NCBI GenBank assembly: GCA_964016885.1 | Contig: OZ024740.1 | Span: forward strand, 220,844,001 to 220,908,000 | Source of the DNA: Eledone cirrhosa | Lineage: Eukaryota | Direction of reading: 5' to 3' | Length of the DNA: 64,000 nt | Part shown: positions 62,201 through 64,000 of the stretch, in pieces | How the letters are laid out: each line of letters opens with the position of its first letter | How positions within the stretch are numbered: the first letter of the stretch is position 1 | Position numbers and translations under genes: made by a program | The notes under the pieces: generated by a model | Databases searched by the model: none | What the model saw: only the letters and a program-made list of their open reading frames with translations | What the model was told of the DNA's origin: nothing

Positions 62201-62600
62201 ATTGGGGTGCATAAGCGGATATTATGGTCACAGTATTTCTATTTAGAACTAGTCTTATTTTAATTATTCTGTCATTCACTCCATGTCAATTACCTTATCT
62301 ACCCATTTTTCAGCTAACATAATTCCTACACCACCCAGTCCGTTGTCATTTCCCACCCAGGAAAGTTTATAGCATCGTTTTTTACCCACGATGAATCTGG
62401 CAGACCCACCTCTCCACCTAGTCTCTTGATCACAATGAACATCAACTTCTTTATGTTCAAGCATCTCTCCAACCTCATTTGAGCAACCTTTCAATGTGCC
62501 TAAGTTCATGGTACCAACTCTGAAATTGGGAGGGTGGAGCAGGGAGGGGTGTGGGAGACGAAATTATGTTGGTCATCCGTGTCTGAAATAAAGAGGGGTC
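59205..62600 (-). mobile_element. Near full-length degenerate RTE LINE: APE endonuclease + RT
   Basis: Fragmented ORFs: QETRW/GVG, ISAYAPQ, GDLNSHVG, SQIDYIL (APE); GVHQGSVLSP, LLYADD, FCYLG (RT); multiple frameshifts; 5' boundary approximate. Confidence 0.92.
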
Positions 62601-63397
62601 CTTGTATTCTCATCCTGCAGCGGGAGGTGAATTTATCTTTATCTGTGTCATTGTCATTGAGTGTTTAGACTTTCCAAATTCCGCAGTCCACCCATCAAAC
62701 AGGTCTAAACTTAAGGAGTAGTAACTGAGGTGGTAGCTTTGCTATACTGATTTGTAAGACAACTTACTATAAGCTGCTGAGTTATGATTGGACCATATAG
62801 CAATGGTGGTGTGTTTGTGGGGGTGGGAGGGTAGGAAATGGATAACTTTAGGAGAAGGTTGGTTTTTAGTAAAGGTCCAACAGAATGAGGCATATTATTA
62901 AAAACATGTAAAATATTAATTGAAAATCCGAGAGAAAAATGGAGAATTTGAATTCTAGACTAGCATAAATAGAAGTTTAAAACACTGCTCATCAAGTGAA
63001 CTACAGGTAAAAGGAAAGACAAGTGTTTTGCTTACATTCTCAAAATCGACAGATCGTCCGTAAGATAGATTAGATAGATAAATTCTATATCTTGTATTTT
63101 TGATGTCACTGTTCAGTGTGTGCCATTCTATATTCTTTTATAGCACCATGGTTAGAATAAATACAGGTACCAACCACATTTGAATAATTGAAATGAGTCA
63201 AAGATGCTTCTACATGATCTCTTGACTTGCTAAAATTAACTGTGAAATCTCCCTCAAAATAATGTACCATCTTAAAATGAAAAGACACATTGGATGAGGT
63301 GGATATTATACATTATACCAGGACCCCCACCCCACAAAAAAAAAATTGGAATAACTATGGTTGGGATGATATGCTCAAACAGAGTAATTTGAGTTAA

Positions 63398-63605
63398 CCC
63401 TTTATGATTTAAACTGGCTGTCTCCGGCCAGAATTCTCTCATCTCTTTCTGTTCAAACTGGCTATAAACAGCTGCTCATACTTATGTTAAGATATTATTC
63501 TCAAAATAAATAATACCAACATCTTGTAGATTTGATATTACATGAGATAAAGCCTTTTCTGTGAAAATACAATAGTAAATATGGAGTAATGTAAATGCTA
63601 AAGGG
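63398..63605. mobile_element. piggyBac-like MITE, same family as 26313-26532
   Basis: TTAA|CCCTTTA...GCTAAAGGG|TTAA. Confidence 0.72.
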
Positions 63606-64000
63606 TTAAACAACAATTTATAAACCTATAAAAGTAGTTTACTTATAAGTAGTTATAAAAGTAGATTATTTTTGTACACTGTAAATATATAAGAGGTGAT
63701 AAACTGGCAGAATTGTTAGGGCATTGGATAGAATCTCTTCCAGTATTCCTCCTGGCCCTCTGCATCCCTAGTTCAAATCCCACTGAGGTAATCTTTGCCT
63801 TTCCTCCTCTCAGGGTCAATAAATAAATGTACTAGTCCAATACTGATGCTTATTCTTCTCATCTCATATTTTCTTTTCCTCCCCCTCTCTCTCTGAAGAA
63901 GCTCAGCCAGGTCTAACACTTTTAATGCTAGCCTGACTGAAATCACCCATAATTCTATGATACAAAACAGCTTTAAAGTGTTCATATTCATCTAAAATCT

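Overview
AT-rich, repeat-dense animal genomic DNA. The SINE/RTE families, (TA)n load and gene structure point to a cephalopod (octopus-like) genome; this is an inference. The only host gene is a + strand histidine ammonia-lyase (HAL/histidase). I reconstructed it by hand as 19 phase-compatible GT-AG coding exons from 1071 to a TAA at 45642-45644 (1572 nt, 523 aa); the N-terminal exons lie upstream of the window. It keeps the ASG (MIO) triad and has one U12-type minor-spliceosome intron (32866-33732). Introns and the 3' flank contain RTE-clade LINE fragments (some with a PHD finger inside the RT), two tRNA-derived SINE families, piggyBac-like and pogo-like MITEs, a decayed Penelope-like element (Naiad-type RT + GIY-YIG), and kb-scale (TA)n arrays. 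Most notable: (i) several type I hammerhead ribozyme motifs, three of them directly followed by a polyA signal, two pointing outward from one 1-kb cassette; (ii) a recurring class of (TA)-embedded elements with unrelated long hairpins that share an adjacent ACTC...GAGT mini-stem; (iii) a SINE whose tail is a chimera of two RTE 3' ends.
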